DNA of 62,916 bases, counting the filler, from Folioceros fuciformis (lineage: Eukaryota), in the NCBI GenBank assembly GCA_049999805.1. It is 11 parts of 11 records of this genome, joined end to end, with 100 filler letters (N's around TTAATTAATTAA, not from the genome) between each part and the next. Parts side by side here need not be neighbours in the genome. Positions count along the whole stretch, not along the records: positions 1 to 4,423 come from JBNGIO010006423.1; positions 4,524 to 11,559 come from JBNGIO010006425.1; 9 more parts are not named here. One strand, given 5' to 3'. Shown one piece after another: positions 1 through 11,659 of this stretch (its first letter is position 1; each line of letters begins with the position of its first letter). The position numbers were made by a program, and so were the translations under genes. Below the pieces are notes generated by a model. That model made no database searches, was not told the DNA's origin, and saw nothing but the letters and a program-made list of their open reading frames with translations.

Positions 1-1
1 G

Positions 2-221
2 TGTTAAAATAGGGTTATCTTAATAAACCCTAATTACAGAATATTAGTTACTACGCCATTAAGTTAATTAATAGTTACCCTAATAGGTAAGATACCTAGG
101 GGTAAGACGTTTAGCAAACAACAACATAAAAACAATTTTGTACTCAACATTTTATCTTCTCTTTCAAGTTTAAGTTTACGTTCTTATATTTCCGCCTAAG
201 ATGATATTCTAAACCCAAACA
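2..221 (+). repeat. 5' LTR (~220 bp) of Ty1/copia element A
   Basis: Starts TGTT and ends AACA, immediately before a canonical PBS. AT-rich; contains AAACCCTAA at 25-33. Confidence 0.85.
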
Positions 222-234
222 TGGTATCAGAGCC
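222..234 (+). promoter_or_regulatory. Primer binding site (initiator tRNA-Met)
   Basis: TGGTATCAGAGCC directly after the LTR-terminal CA. Confidence 0.95.
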
Positions 235-434
235 TGAAGATCTTATAGGGCTAGATAGAGAATTTTATTCTCTTTAATCCCATCTAAAAAATTTTAGAAT
301 CTAATGTCTAGAAAAATAGATACAAAGTTCTTTAAATCTTAGACTTATTTTATTAAAGAAACCATCTAAACATAGAAAATTCTATGGGTTTCTTTAACAC
401 AAAATCATATATAGAATTAAGATAGGCAGCAAGA

Positions 435-923
435 ATGCCTAGAAAAAGGTTTAATGCTTGTAGAACTTGCCAGCCAGATGATTATTTAATCTCTAAACGT
501 CCTATTGTTATTAATTGTATTAATGACAAATTAGAACATTTAAGACTTATTAGGTCTTCTAGGAGGCAGTTTTTCTCAGCAGTTGCTGAGCATAATGAGA
601 AGATAGGGAGGCAAGCTTCATCACAAAGAAATATTAAACCTACAAGTACTAAGAAAGAATTAGATTATTTTAGATTCTTTAATCAAGTCAATTCTGAAAT
701 TCTTGATATTAACACTAAAATCGATAAGTTATGGTGTTTAGTTTCTGATATTCAAAGATCAATTACAATCCAAAATTCCAGGAATAATGCAGCAGATGAT
801 AGAAGAACTGCCTTAATTATTCAGACAATTTTATCAATAAAACATCAGACATCAATTATGAGTCCTCCATTTATAAATAAGGACTCAGAAAATTCACATT
901 TAAATTTTTTTATTTGGAAATGA
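435..923 (+). CDS. Extra ORF upstream of gag (ORF0), 162 aa, CxxC plus predicted coiled coil, function unknown
   Basis: ATG-initiated and open for 162 codons in AT-rich DNA. Has NACRTC and the heptad-like VNSEILDINTKIDKLWCLVSDIQRSI. Similar segments lie upstream of gag in other copia copies in this window. Confidence 0.65.
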   Translation: MPRKRFNACRTCQPDDYLISKRPIVINCINDKLEHLRLIRSSRRQFFSAVAEHNEKIGRQASSQRNIKPTSTKKELDYFRFFNQVNSEILDINTKIDKLWCLVSDIQRSITIQNSRNNAADDRRTALIIQTILSIKHQTSIMSPPFINKDSENSHLNFFIWK

Positions 924-968
924 GCAGCTTGAATAGCTAGCTCAGAAGCATATATCGATTCTCTCAAG

Positions 969-3900
969 ATGTCTTCTGTACATTTATTAAAAGAGAAAGA
1001 CCGCTTTGACGGGAGAGAGTTTGATATATGGCATTTTAGGATTAATTGTATCCTGAAAGAATTCCATTTAATGGCAATTGCAGATGGTTCAGAACCGAAA
1101 CCAGTAGTCGGAAGTAATAGACCTCCTACACCAGGAGGAACTATAAATAAGGCTACACAAAAAGATATATATGAATGGGAAACCAAAGATATGCAAGCAT
1201 TGCAAGTGTTGGTATCTGGCCTTACATCCGACATGATAAATCATATCAGGTTATGCAAGACTTCAAAAGAAGCTATTGAATTACTATCCGACACATATCA
1301 ATGCACGGATATGATGTCGGAGGTCGCAGCCGAACAGGCTCTTCATGGCCTAAAAATGCGAGAAGGTGACTCTATAGAAAATCACCTAAACAGATTCAGA
1401 AAACTTCGAGCTAATCTTGCAGCAGTAGGGACTACATTAACGGAGCATAAGGCTTCTATTACATTACTTGCTTCATTACCTCCCAGCTATACTCAATTCA
1501 GCACCGGACTACAGCAATCTGTAACTCTTACCCCTGCCTCGGCTGGGGTAGCACAATCCTCTAATCTCACTGTCCAGCGTGTAACAGCTGCACTCCAACA
1601 ATATGAACAAACGAAGAAGTCAGCAGGTTCTTCGGGCTCTAGATCAACGTCGAGAGCTATGTATGCTAACCAAGGCTTCTCACCCGGAGGCAAATTCACA
1701 CCTGGACGTGGTCGAGGAGGTAGATTCGGTGCTGGTAGGGGTAAGAGGCCTGATTCAAATCACAGCAGCAGTTCGAATCAGTCCACGAGAAAACCAGGTA
1801 CATGCAATTATTGCAAAAAACCTGGACATTGGGCTAAGGATTGTAGGAAAAGAAAATTCGATGAGGATAATGGCAAACTAAAAACTGAGGCTAACGTAGT
1901 AAGGAGCTCAACCCCTGGTATGCTTGCTGTTTGTTTAACATCCTCAGCTGCAGATAGATACAGCTGGTTCTGGGACAGCGGGGCATCAAATCATATGTGT
2001 TCAGAGAAATTAGTCTTTCAAGACTATGTGTCATCTCCACTTGGAAGAAAAGTTTACCTTGGCGACGATACATCCACAGACATTGTTGGATCTGGCACAG
2101 TACCTATGCGAATGGCAGATGGTAGCATTCTCAATTTGATAAACACCCTTCATGTTCCTGCTATAGCCAAAAACTTGGTTAGCAGCATGTGCTTAGGCAG
2201 AACTAAGCTCTACAGAACTATGCTCGAAGATGAGGCATGTTATATTTATAGGAAATCAAATATGCAAATTCCTGTTGCTATAGGTTTTGCACATAATGAC
2301 CTATATAAATTGAATATAACTCCACTGCTATGTGAGAATGATAGTATACCTGCAGCTCATAATTATGCAGTTTCCTCTCTGAATCCCAATTCATCTTCAG
2401 TCTTCACATGGCACTGCCATTTAGGGCATCCATGAACTGCAATCATGACCAGGATAGTGAAGGAACAGCTGGTCAGTGGTATGGAATCTATTAAGCACAT
2501 TCCAGAAAATTTTTGTGAAGCCTGCATCCATGGAAAACAAAGGAAACAGCATTTCGGTAGTGGAAAGGACAAGCCCAAAACTGAGCTATTGTCTCTTGTC
2601 CACTCAGATGTTTGTGGTCCTATGTCAGTACCCTCCATAGGAGGTGGCAGATATTTTATAGTCTATATGGATGATTATTCACATTTTACAGTTTTGTATA
2701 TCCTGAAGGCAAAGAGTGAGGTTTTCCAGACTTTTCAGGACTACTTAGCCTATGCAGAGCGCCATACTGGCAAGTTGTTGAAGTCTCTTCGCTCGGATAA
2801 TGGTGGCGAATACCTTTCCAATGAGTTTGAAGATTTCTGCAGACAGAGGGGAATCACTCGTTAATTGACAATCCCCTATAATTCAGAGATGAATGGGAGA
2901 GCAGAGCGTAAGCATAGATCGCTGCAAGAATCAGCCCTAAGTATGCTTCATCAAGCAGGATTACCTCTAAAATTTTGGGCCGAAGCTATTGCTACAGCAG
3001 CCTGCCTACAGAACATCCTCCCTACTGCTGCACTTGCTAAGGTGACACCCTTTGAGGCTTGGCACAATAGGAAGCCGGATGTTTCTTCATTGCGTATATT
3101 TGGTAGCCCTGCATATGCACATGTACCTCAACAGTTACGCAGAAAATTGCACACCAAGACTACACCATGCATCTTCATTGGCTATACATCTGGGATTCAC
3201 GGCTACAAGCTATATGATCCCCTCAAGCACAAGGTGTTTCATGCAAGATCAGTCATTTTTAATGAGAAGAGAGCCCTTCAACTTAAGGTTACAAATTCCT
3301 TACCTCATGAGACTCTCACCTCCTTTGAGGAGTTTCCCTTGGAGGATGATCTTGCAGGTACTGTGGAGGACGAGGAGGATGATACCCTATTAGTATCAGC
3401 TCCAGCTGCAGTGGGAGCACCATTTCCAGCAGGTCAGCAACTTCCATTAGATCAGCCATTCCCAGCTAGTCCCCAAGTCAATCAGCCAATTAATCAAGGC
3501 CATACCTCAGATAGTGATCTAGGTAGTGACCTTGAGAAGGGAAATATACCTGCAGATTTCATTGATGACTTTGTTGTTGACCAGCCTGTCGAACCTCAAC
3601 CTTATCATCCTGTCCTCTCACCACCTCGTCATCCAAGAGACAACTTGCAGCCAGTGGGAGCCTTGAGACGCTCCACTAGAAATCGACCTCCTAGATCCCT
3701 ATGGTCAGAAAAGCCTTACACAGATGCTGAATGGCAGTCCTCTAAGATCACACACACCCCAGCTGATCCCTCCAACTCACATTCAGAAGAAGAAAATGAG
3801 TCTGGACCTAGTCTAGAAAATCTAGAAGACCCAAGAGTTGAAGCCTTTCTTGTGGCCAATGATGGCCTTGATCCCTTGACAATCGAGGCTGCTAGAACTG

Positions 3901-4423
3901 GCCCTGATAAAGAGAAATGGGAGCCTGCAATTCAGTCCGAGTATAACTCATTAATGGATAATAAAACATGGGTACTAGTGGACAGACCTAAACGCAGAAA
4001 AATCATAAGCTGTAAATGGGTCTTCAAGCGAAAATTGAAGGCAGATGGCAGTATCGAACGATACAAGGCTAGACTATGTGCCAGAGGGTTCACACAAGTA
4101 CCTGGTGTTGACTATTTTGACACTTTCTCACCTGTGGTAAAACTTCAATCACTAAGAGTTATATTCGCATTTGTGGCATTCTACTCCATGTTTATCCACC
4201 AGATGGATGTCAAGACTGCCTTCTTGCAAGGTAATCTTGAGGAGGATATTTATATGTCTCAACCACCTGGTTTTATCAAAAAGGGACAGGAGGACAAGGT
4301 GTGCAAGTTAGTTAAAGCCATCTACGGACTCAAGCAATCACCTAGAGCCTGGTACCAAAGGCTGGACATATTTCTCATTGCTATGGGATTCAAAAGAAGT
4401 GAATCGGACTCTAATGTGTATAT
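969..4423 (+). mobile_element. Ty1/copia gag-pol (Gag, zinc knuckle, PR, INT, start of RT), two in-frame stops, cut by contig end
   Basis: CNYCKKPGHWAKDC; WFWDSGASNHM; WHCHLGH...CEAC; VHSDVCGP, SDNGGEY, NGRAER; CKWVFK, YKARL, QMDVKTAFL, YGLKQSPRAW. INT precedes RT. One frame throughout, with stops at 2433-2435 and 2862-2864. Confidence 0.97.
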
Positions 4424-4523
4424 NNNNNNNNNNNNNNNNNNNNNNNNNNNNNNNNNNNNNNNNNNNNTTAATTAATTAANNNNNNNNNNNNNNNNNNNNN
4501 NNNNNNNNNNNNNNNNNNNNNNN
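4424..4523. other. Artificial contig linker N44-TTAATTAATTAA-N44 (first of ten)
   Basis: Identical 100-nt six-frame-stop linkers also at 11560-11659, 17646-17745, 22207-22306, 26476-26575, 32518-32617, 35243-35342, 43376-43475, 56650-56749 and 60741-60840. Confidence 0.98.
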
Positions 4524-5789
4524 CATCAAGTCTTCCAATGCGCGCTGAAAGAATTCCTATTCCCTACATGCTCGTTTGGACACTGATTTTGGAGATTGGC
4601 TGGCAAATTGCAGCACACAAGCCATGAAAGCCCTAGCAAATCAAATTCCGGTCCTGCTGTTTGTTTGCAACATTTCTAGTGGCGAACTAGAGTTCTAGAT
4701 GCAAGATGGGACCGAACACGCTAAGCAAGATGGTGTACACCCAAATCACAGCTCCCTGCCTAGAGCTCGCAAGTGCACAACCGGACAGCAAATTTGACGG
4801 CTCTTGGTCATAACCAATCACATCTCTTTGTCGCCAGCTGTCTTGGAGTCAGTGATCACACGTTCATGGAGCAACACGGTGATTCTGCCTAGCCCTAGCC
4901 CTAGCTAGCCCTTGTCTGGCTTACATACTTGACGAAACACATATTGCTAGCAAGCCATGTAGGCTAGGCTTGCAGATCAATAGATCTGCCTGAGGTCTGG
5001 GCAGGCATGAACTTCATCCCGACATCATGGTAGGCAATACAATGCGGACAGAAAAACGGCCTCTCAATGCTTCTTAAGATCGGTGGTGTGGGGCCACCTT
5101 CTCCTAGTTGGCCCCATTTCAAAATTGGTTCGAATAAACCGAGCAGATTGTTTTGCCTCACAGGTATAGTACGTTAGCCGACAGATGCCGCGCTTAACAT
5201 AGAGGAAAATGGAACACTCTCCAGAGTTCCCCAGTATGGGATAATTTGTGACATCCAAGGTTGCCTTCATAGCCACATACACTTATCTGTGGTGATACCT
5301 GGTGACCACACTCCACAAAGGTGTCTCTTGTTTAAGCCTCGGCAATTGTATTTATACTTGTTAGAAGAGGCCCCTTCACCTCTTGTATTTTGACTCGCGC
5401 GATGGCCTCTCGGAATTGTGTTTAGACTTGTTTGCTGGCAACTGCCTGGTGGACTGACAGGTGCACGCTGGGTGTTTCACAGCATGGCCTCAAAGAACGT
5501 GGTGACACGGAATTCCCTGACTCCTGGATGATGCTGACCAAGGGCTCCCACATGAGGCGCTAGCTTCTTGTGTGTGGACAAAATGGAGCAAGAGGGCGTC
5601 ATTCTCAGAAGGCTGTCTGCTTTTCCTTTTCTTGCCTTGTGACGGCCCGTGCAAGCACTGGTGGCTTACAAAATTGCAGGCAGCTGCACTCATTGATCGT
5701 TGAAACAAGACTTGTGGCGGACTAACGCACGGCCACAAAGGATGTGGTGAGTCAGACATGGAATGCCCTATCCTACTACTGTCTGGCCA

Positions 5790-5934
5790 TTCCAAATATG
5801 GTGAACTGCAAGACGCAAGCCAGCTTTTTGACATCATGAGCGCAAAGGAGGTGGTGACTTGGAACACCCTGATAGCTGGGTATGCCCAGCAAAGGTTTGA
5901 ACACGAGGCACTTGTTGTGTACGAACAAATGGAG
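5790..5934 (+). pseudogene. PLS-class pentatricopeptide repeat fragment
   Basis: HSKYGELQDASQLFDIMSAKEVVTWNTLIAGYAQQRFEHEALVVYEQME matches the S/P motif consensus; ends at a 10-N gap. Confidence 0.85.
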
Positions 5935-7105
5935 NNNNNNNNNNTGCGAGCTTGGGGCAGGGCGCTGTGACTGGGTGCACATCCTCTTGCTCAGCGCGTT
6001 CTGTTCCATCTTGCATCTACAACTCTGTTTACGCCTCTATAAATATAGCAACCAAAAGCAGGACCGGGAATTTGATTTGCTAGGGGTTCTATGGCCCGTG
6101 TGCTGTAATGTGCCTGCCAATCCACAAAATTAGGATCCGAACGTGCGTGCAGCGAATCGGAATCCCTTCAGCTGACATTGGAAGACTTGATGGGAGCTGC
6201 ATTCATCAGTGAAGAGGTGCTAGGATGGCGGAGCCATCACAAGAGCTATTCGTGCAGCAGGTGGAGGATCCTTCCGAGCAGGCGGAGATGAACTCTTGTG
6301 TGTGGAAAATTATCCCACATCGGGAAACTGAGCAGCGGAGACACAACCCGCTAATATCATGTAACTGGCATGTAGAATTGAGTTCTGTTCTGAAAGGCAA
6401 GCTGAATGATTTGAACTTCACAGTGGTTCAAGTTTGAAACGGGGCCACCTGTTCTCAGGTGGTCCCGCCCGATGGACCTTAGATAGCATTCGGATGCCGT
6501 ATGTTCCCTTTCTCCCACATCATCCTGGTGAGACTGATTGACACCCAAGGCACAGCACCCTGCCTCGGGCTCGCAAGTGCACAAGCGGACAGCAAATTTG
6601 ACAGCTCTAGGTCAAAATCAGTGACATCTCTTTGTCGCCAGCTGTCTTGGACTCAGTGATCACACGCTAATGGAGCACCGCGTTGATTCCACCTAGCCCT
6701 AGCCCTTGTCTAGCGTACGTACTTGATTTCCCTTCCTGATCAACACATTTTGCTAGCAGGCCATGTAGGCTAGGCTTGCAGATCCAGAAATGTGACAAAG
6801 GTCGAGGCAGGCATAATCTTCATCACATAACGTGGGAGGTAATGCAATACGGGCAGATAGATCTGTCTGAATGCTCCTCGACGTTGTTGGTGTGGGGCCA
6901 CCCATTGCTGGTCGACCCCATTCCAAAATGAAGAGAAATGTTCAGTCGACTGATTTACTTTGCCGTGTACGAGTAAAGCAAGATACTGCGTACAAGATAA
7001 TGGAATGTGTAACACACTCCTGAGTTCCCCAGTATGGGATAATTTGTGACATACAAGGTTCTCGTCACACCCACAACACTATTTGTGGTGATATCTCGTT
7101 CCAAA

Positions 7106-7234
7106 TAGGCAAGCACCTACACTCAAAGATTGTGGGAAGATGACTTCTGAGTAACGTTGTGATGGGCAGCTAGCTACCTGGTGGACGTGTATGCAAAATG
7201 TGGTGACTTGAAAGATGCGCCCCAGGTGTTTTAA
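7106..7234 (+). pseudogene. Degraded PLS-PPR fragment
   Basis: Manual translation IGKHLHSKIVGR*LLSNVVMGS, frameshift, LVDVYAKCGDLKDAPQVF*, matching an L/S motif junction. Confidence 0.75.
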
Positions 7235-9403
7235 CGAAAATGTGTCTTGATATCTGACTGTGCATCCTTGTTGAGGTAAGGATTCATGTCCATGTCTAAG
7301 CTTGGATTGGACAGGAACGGAGTTAAGTAAGCACATATGCGCCAAAGGAGAAGAAATGCTCAGGCGCGCACCCTTGGGAAGTGGACGGTTCCTCAATTTG
7401 TTCTCACAGTCGACCCCTGCAACTACAATAACCAAGTGCCTACAATCAATGCACACCATTTGACACTTGTTCAGCAATGGTGGTTATGGAAATTCTCAAT
7501 GAGGATGCAGTGCTCTGCTAAGACGGTAGGTAGATGTCCAGGTTGATACAAAACACGTGCCATGGCGTCCTAGCAGTAGGGCCATTCAAGCTTGCATGTT
7601 AGACTGCCTACTTGTTTCTTGCTGGTGGCCCTCGTTCCCTTTGTATGTATAAGGGACACATTTTTTAGTGCTCCAACACGACAAATGGTTTGTGTGAAAA
7701 GTTTGAGAAACTATGTTTGTTGCTTGAAGGATAAGGACAGGGATACATTATGTGACGAGCTATCCCATATTGGGGAACGCAGGAGTGTGACCACAATGCC
7801 TTAACATATACGCAGCATGTCCCGTGCTAAGTCTGGGCTGCAGCGAGCTCCGAAATTTAGAATTGAAGAATATCAAGTGATTTTGGAGCGGGGCCAACTA
7901 GGAATAGGTGGCCCCACACCATCAACATTAACCAGGATAGAGTGGCCGTATCAGGATGGTAGTGATTCAAAAGCTAGACAAGGGCCAGGTGGAACCAATG
8001 TACAGCTCAATCAACCCGCGGTGATCGACAAAGATATGTGCGTGATAAGTTTGTGCCAAAGAGCTTGAAATTTGCAGGGCAGGGTGCTGTAATGGTGTGC
8101 ACACCATCTTGCCGTGTTCTGTCCCATCTTGCATCTAGAACTCTGTTTACGCCTCTAGAAATGTAGAAAGCAAACAGGACCGGAATTTGCTTTGCTAGGG
8201 GTTCTATGGCCCGTGTGCTGTAAATTGCCAGCCAATCTACAAAATCAGGATCCGAACGCACGAGTAGCGAATCCAAATCTTTTCAGCGGACATTGGCATG
8301 TTTCCTTCATTTCATTTCTATCAGCAACAGGTGCCGGCATCAACAAACAGAACGTGTAAGGAAGAGATTAGAGGAAACAAAGGGCAGGACCATACCAATT
8401 CTTCCAGGTACATAGCATTCTCGAAGCGCAGCTGAGAGACAGGAGGGTGAACTTATTTGAGCAGCTGTACCGGTTCAGAATCAAGATGTTTTCGAAAGGT
8501 TTAAATGTAGCGGAATGGGCTCGGCTCTGCTACATCCCCTTGTTGGCACCCTTTCTGGATTAGTTCCCCGATAATTAGTTTTGGTGGTTTTAGGGTTGCA
8601 CCTAAAACAGACACCTGTGGTGATTAGATTACGGTCCATCAAGTTTTGGCTCCTCTTCCAGCGCACCAGGGTTGCAAATCATGGGAGGCCTGATATGTCA
8701 CCTCCGGACGCTTATACTCCTCTGGCTTCCTCACATGCGTCTTCCCGTCTTTCCCGAGAGGACTACTGTACATCGTTCCCCCTTCGGACATGGAACCACA
8801 TGAAAAATGAGCAATCCCCTAGTTCCACATCTTTGCAAACCAAGCAAGATTTGTCGAAGGCTACATTTCGGTTCAGCAGCCGAGGAGCTGGTACTTTGCA
8901 GCCGAGAAGCTAAGGTGGATACAAAGCAGCTAAAAGTGTGACGATGGATACACTGTAGCTAAACGCGTGAAGATGCAGACACAGCTCAAAGGGGGATGCA
9001 AAGCTTAAAGGGATGCACAACTCAAAATGTGAGCCTCAAAACAGGATCCAACAACCAGGTGTCAAGCAATCCATCCCTTCCATTATTCTTGACGCTTGTT
9101 TAGCCATCATAGTCATGGAAATTCTCACTGGAGGTGGGGTTCGAAGCCTCCTGGCAGAGATCCAGGTTGAGATAGACACAATCATGCCATGGCATCGTGG
9201 AGGTGAAGTAGGCCCAATCAACCTCGCACGTTAGACTGCCTACTGGTTTCCTGCCGGTGGCCCTCCCTGCTTGCGAATATCATCCCAGCCCCGAACCCAA
9301 GGCTGGCCAGGACTTGCCCTAGTTTCGTCTGGAGCATGAGCCTGCAAGTTGCCCGTCACCTGCTGCTTCAAAGCCCGGAAAACCTGTCACGANNNNNNNN
9401 NNT

Positions 9404-10312
9404 ATCCTGTCCGGCAAAAGCAGCCCTGATAGAGGTAGACAAAGCACAGACATCCCTGCAGTTCCTTGTAGCAAAGATAGCCCAGTTTTAGATAGTGAGG
9501 AGAGGAGAAATGGGAAAGGAGGGTGGACGGTACCGAGCGCTGCAGGCCCACTGGATCATGTGCAGCTGGAGATTGTGGAGGCGGAGGGGATTGAAGTGGG
9601 TCCTGTATTACCTGCGAAGCGGGCTCCCAGAGAAGCAGCTTCTCCCAAGCCTCTCCTTGCTGAGGAGACGGGAGGCAGATTGGCCAGGGTCAGAATTCTT
9701 CTGGTGGAGGATACTGTGGTGATGCAGAGAATAGCCAGTCAGTTGCTAAGGAAGGAGGGGGCCCTGGTCAACGTTGCTGGTAATGGTAAAGAGGCTGTGG
9801 AGATGGTAGCTGAGCTTGTGGCTAGTACTTCAGCAGCTGAGGTGCCCGGTGAGCCCAGTTGCCCCCAAAACGTCTTCGACCTGGTCCTAATGGATTGTCA
9901 GGTATGCGTCTCCTTGCTCCTGGGAAGGTGAAAAGAACTCATTGTGGTGATGAGGGAAGCAGGATGGTGTGTTGTGATGTGGCTAACCATTGATTGCAAC
10001 GTTCTTGGTAACGTTCAGATGCCTGTCATGGACGGCTACACAGCCACAGCGAGGATAAGGGAGATGGAAGGCAGCGGCCACCTCCCCATCATTGCACTCA
10101 CAGCACATGGAGGTATGGAAAGCGACCAACAGAAGTGCATGGACGCAGGGATGGACGCGTACATAAGCAAGCCCTTAAACATGGACACTCTCCTGGACGC
10201 CATGCACCAGCTCAACATTGTGACCAACAAGAGAGTCCTGAACCCATGCGCAGATTCCTCTGCATATGGGCTGCAAGCTTTCAGGGAAAGGCTGAGGTCA
10301 AAACCAAGCTAG
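9404..10312 (+). CDS. 3' part of a hybrid sensor histidine kinase (AHK/CKI1-like): linker plus receiver domain; exons 9404-9901 and 10019-10312
   Basis: RILLVEDT...FDLVLMDCQ|MPVMDGYTATARIRE...LPIIALTAH...CMDAGMDAYISKPL, with the conserved D-D-K residues. 117-nt GT-AG intron (9902-10018) with a CTAAC branch motif. Frame is open back to the gap at 9402. Confidence 0.9.
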
Positions 10313-11194
10313 TCTTAGGAAAAACATTTTTTGGCTCCGGTGACAAGGAGCTCTCGCAAGGCATAAGCGAAGTACAGCAACTACGATCAGCTCTTTTCGC
10401 TTATCTTCATTTCACAGGCAGCTGCGTCAAACAGCACGAGTTGGAAACGTCTCAGTCAGGAGTATCACTCACACATGAGCAACATCTCTGCAGGCTGGCT
10501 GTGCATTGTCTCTTCGTCGAAGACCACTGGACAGGAGATGATTGTCTTCACGGTCGAGTCGTGCGATTTACAACTGGCTACGTTTCATCCCTTATTTGCT
10601 TGTCCCTCACAAGACAAGACCTGATTTGGCCAGGCATGGTAGAAGGAGCTCGTCCATTGAAGCTTATTTGGTGAAACAAGAAACCAGAAAAAGTGTGAAA
10701 CGAGAAAAAGTATGTAAAGAATTTCGTTTGAGTATCAAATTATTAATAATTTTATCAATATATGCGATCTCACATAGTTTTATTCATTTCATTTGTAATT
10801 GAAACTAGTACTTGAATTCTACATGTAGTGAGATGGTGCACGTTTCTTTTTCTTGGTAATTAATTACTACTTTACCACTTTAATACTATAATAATAATTA
10901 TTAGATAAAGTATTATATTAAATATAAGTAATAAAATAACTTTCAATATTGAAAGCAATCCTAGAAAGTATCCTTTGTAAAGCATACTCTAATGCTATCA
11001 ATACTTGGTATGTAGTAAACATCTCTGAAGAAAGATAAGGAAGACAACGAGAGGCAATGATTCTATCAACAAATAACACAACTTACACATATATAGTTGA
11101 AATGAAAAATATGATCAAATAATTCCATTAACAAATAATGTAATCCACTCATATAAATAGTTGAAGTTATGTGTGAATCCCTTGGACCTTGGTT

Positions 11195-11559
11195 TTGAAA
11201 GCGAAACATGACGGACGGGGTCGTCCGTGGATGCTGTACAGGACGCACTTCAATCCCCTCCGCCTCCACAGTCCCCAGCTGCTGCACATATCCTGTTGGT
11301 CTCCAGCGCCCTGTACTTTCCGCCCTCCATTCCCATTCCTCCCACCTCACCGTCTACAACTAGCGGGAACCGATCATCGTGTTTTGAGAGAGTGGTCCTG
11401 CCCCACGGGAGGTGAGCGGCCAGAGCCAGCAGAATGGCTGACAGCCTCGCAGATGCTGCACTAAACGAACGTTTCTGGTGTGAAGACAGCCCTTCGACAC
11501 AGACCGCTAGACTGCCATACAATATCCCACGGCCATCCAAATTCATGGCTCGATCGCCC
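11195..11559 (-). pseudogene. Truncated, frameshifted paralogous fragment of the same kinase linker
   Basis: Encodes YVQQLGTVEAEGIEVRPV versus HVQLEIVEAEGIEVGPV at ~9560-9610. Similarity stops before the receiver domain. Confidence 0.7.
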
Positions 11560-11659
11560 NNNNNNNNNNNNNNNNNNNNNNNNNNNNNNNNNNNNNNNNN
11601 NNNTTAATTAATTAANNNNNNNNNNNNNNNNNNNNNNNNNNNNNNNNNNNNNNNNNNNN

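Larger units (their letters stand above)
4524..8300. repeat. Cluster of partial copies of an unclassified ~0.8-kb repeat, in both orientations
   Basis: ~4737-5300 is directly repeated at ~6541-7100 (shared GCTCGCAAGTGCACAA, CATCTCTTTGTCGCCAGCTGTCTTGGA, CCCCAGTATGGGATAATTTGTGACAT). ~4530-4770 recurs inverted at ~5946-6190, and ~4530-4830 at ~8040-8300. ~5070-5140 recurs inverted at ~7850-7945. Confidence 0.85.

Noticed and set aside
2433-2864. In-frame stops in element A as programmed readthrough signals
   Set aside because: They fall inside conserved integrase regions, not at the gag-pol boundary, so point mutation is the simpler explanation.
9036-9392. Protein-like minus-strand stretch (CEVDWAYFTSTMPWHDCVYLNLDLCQE)
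   Set aside because: Short, interrupted and not assignable to a family without a database search.
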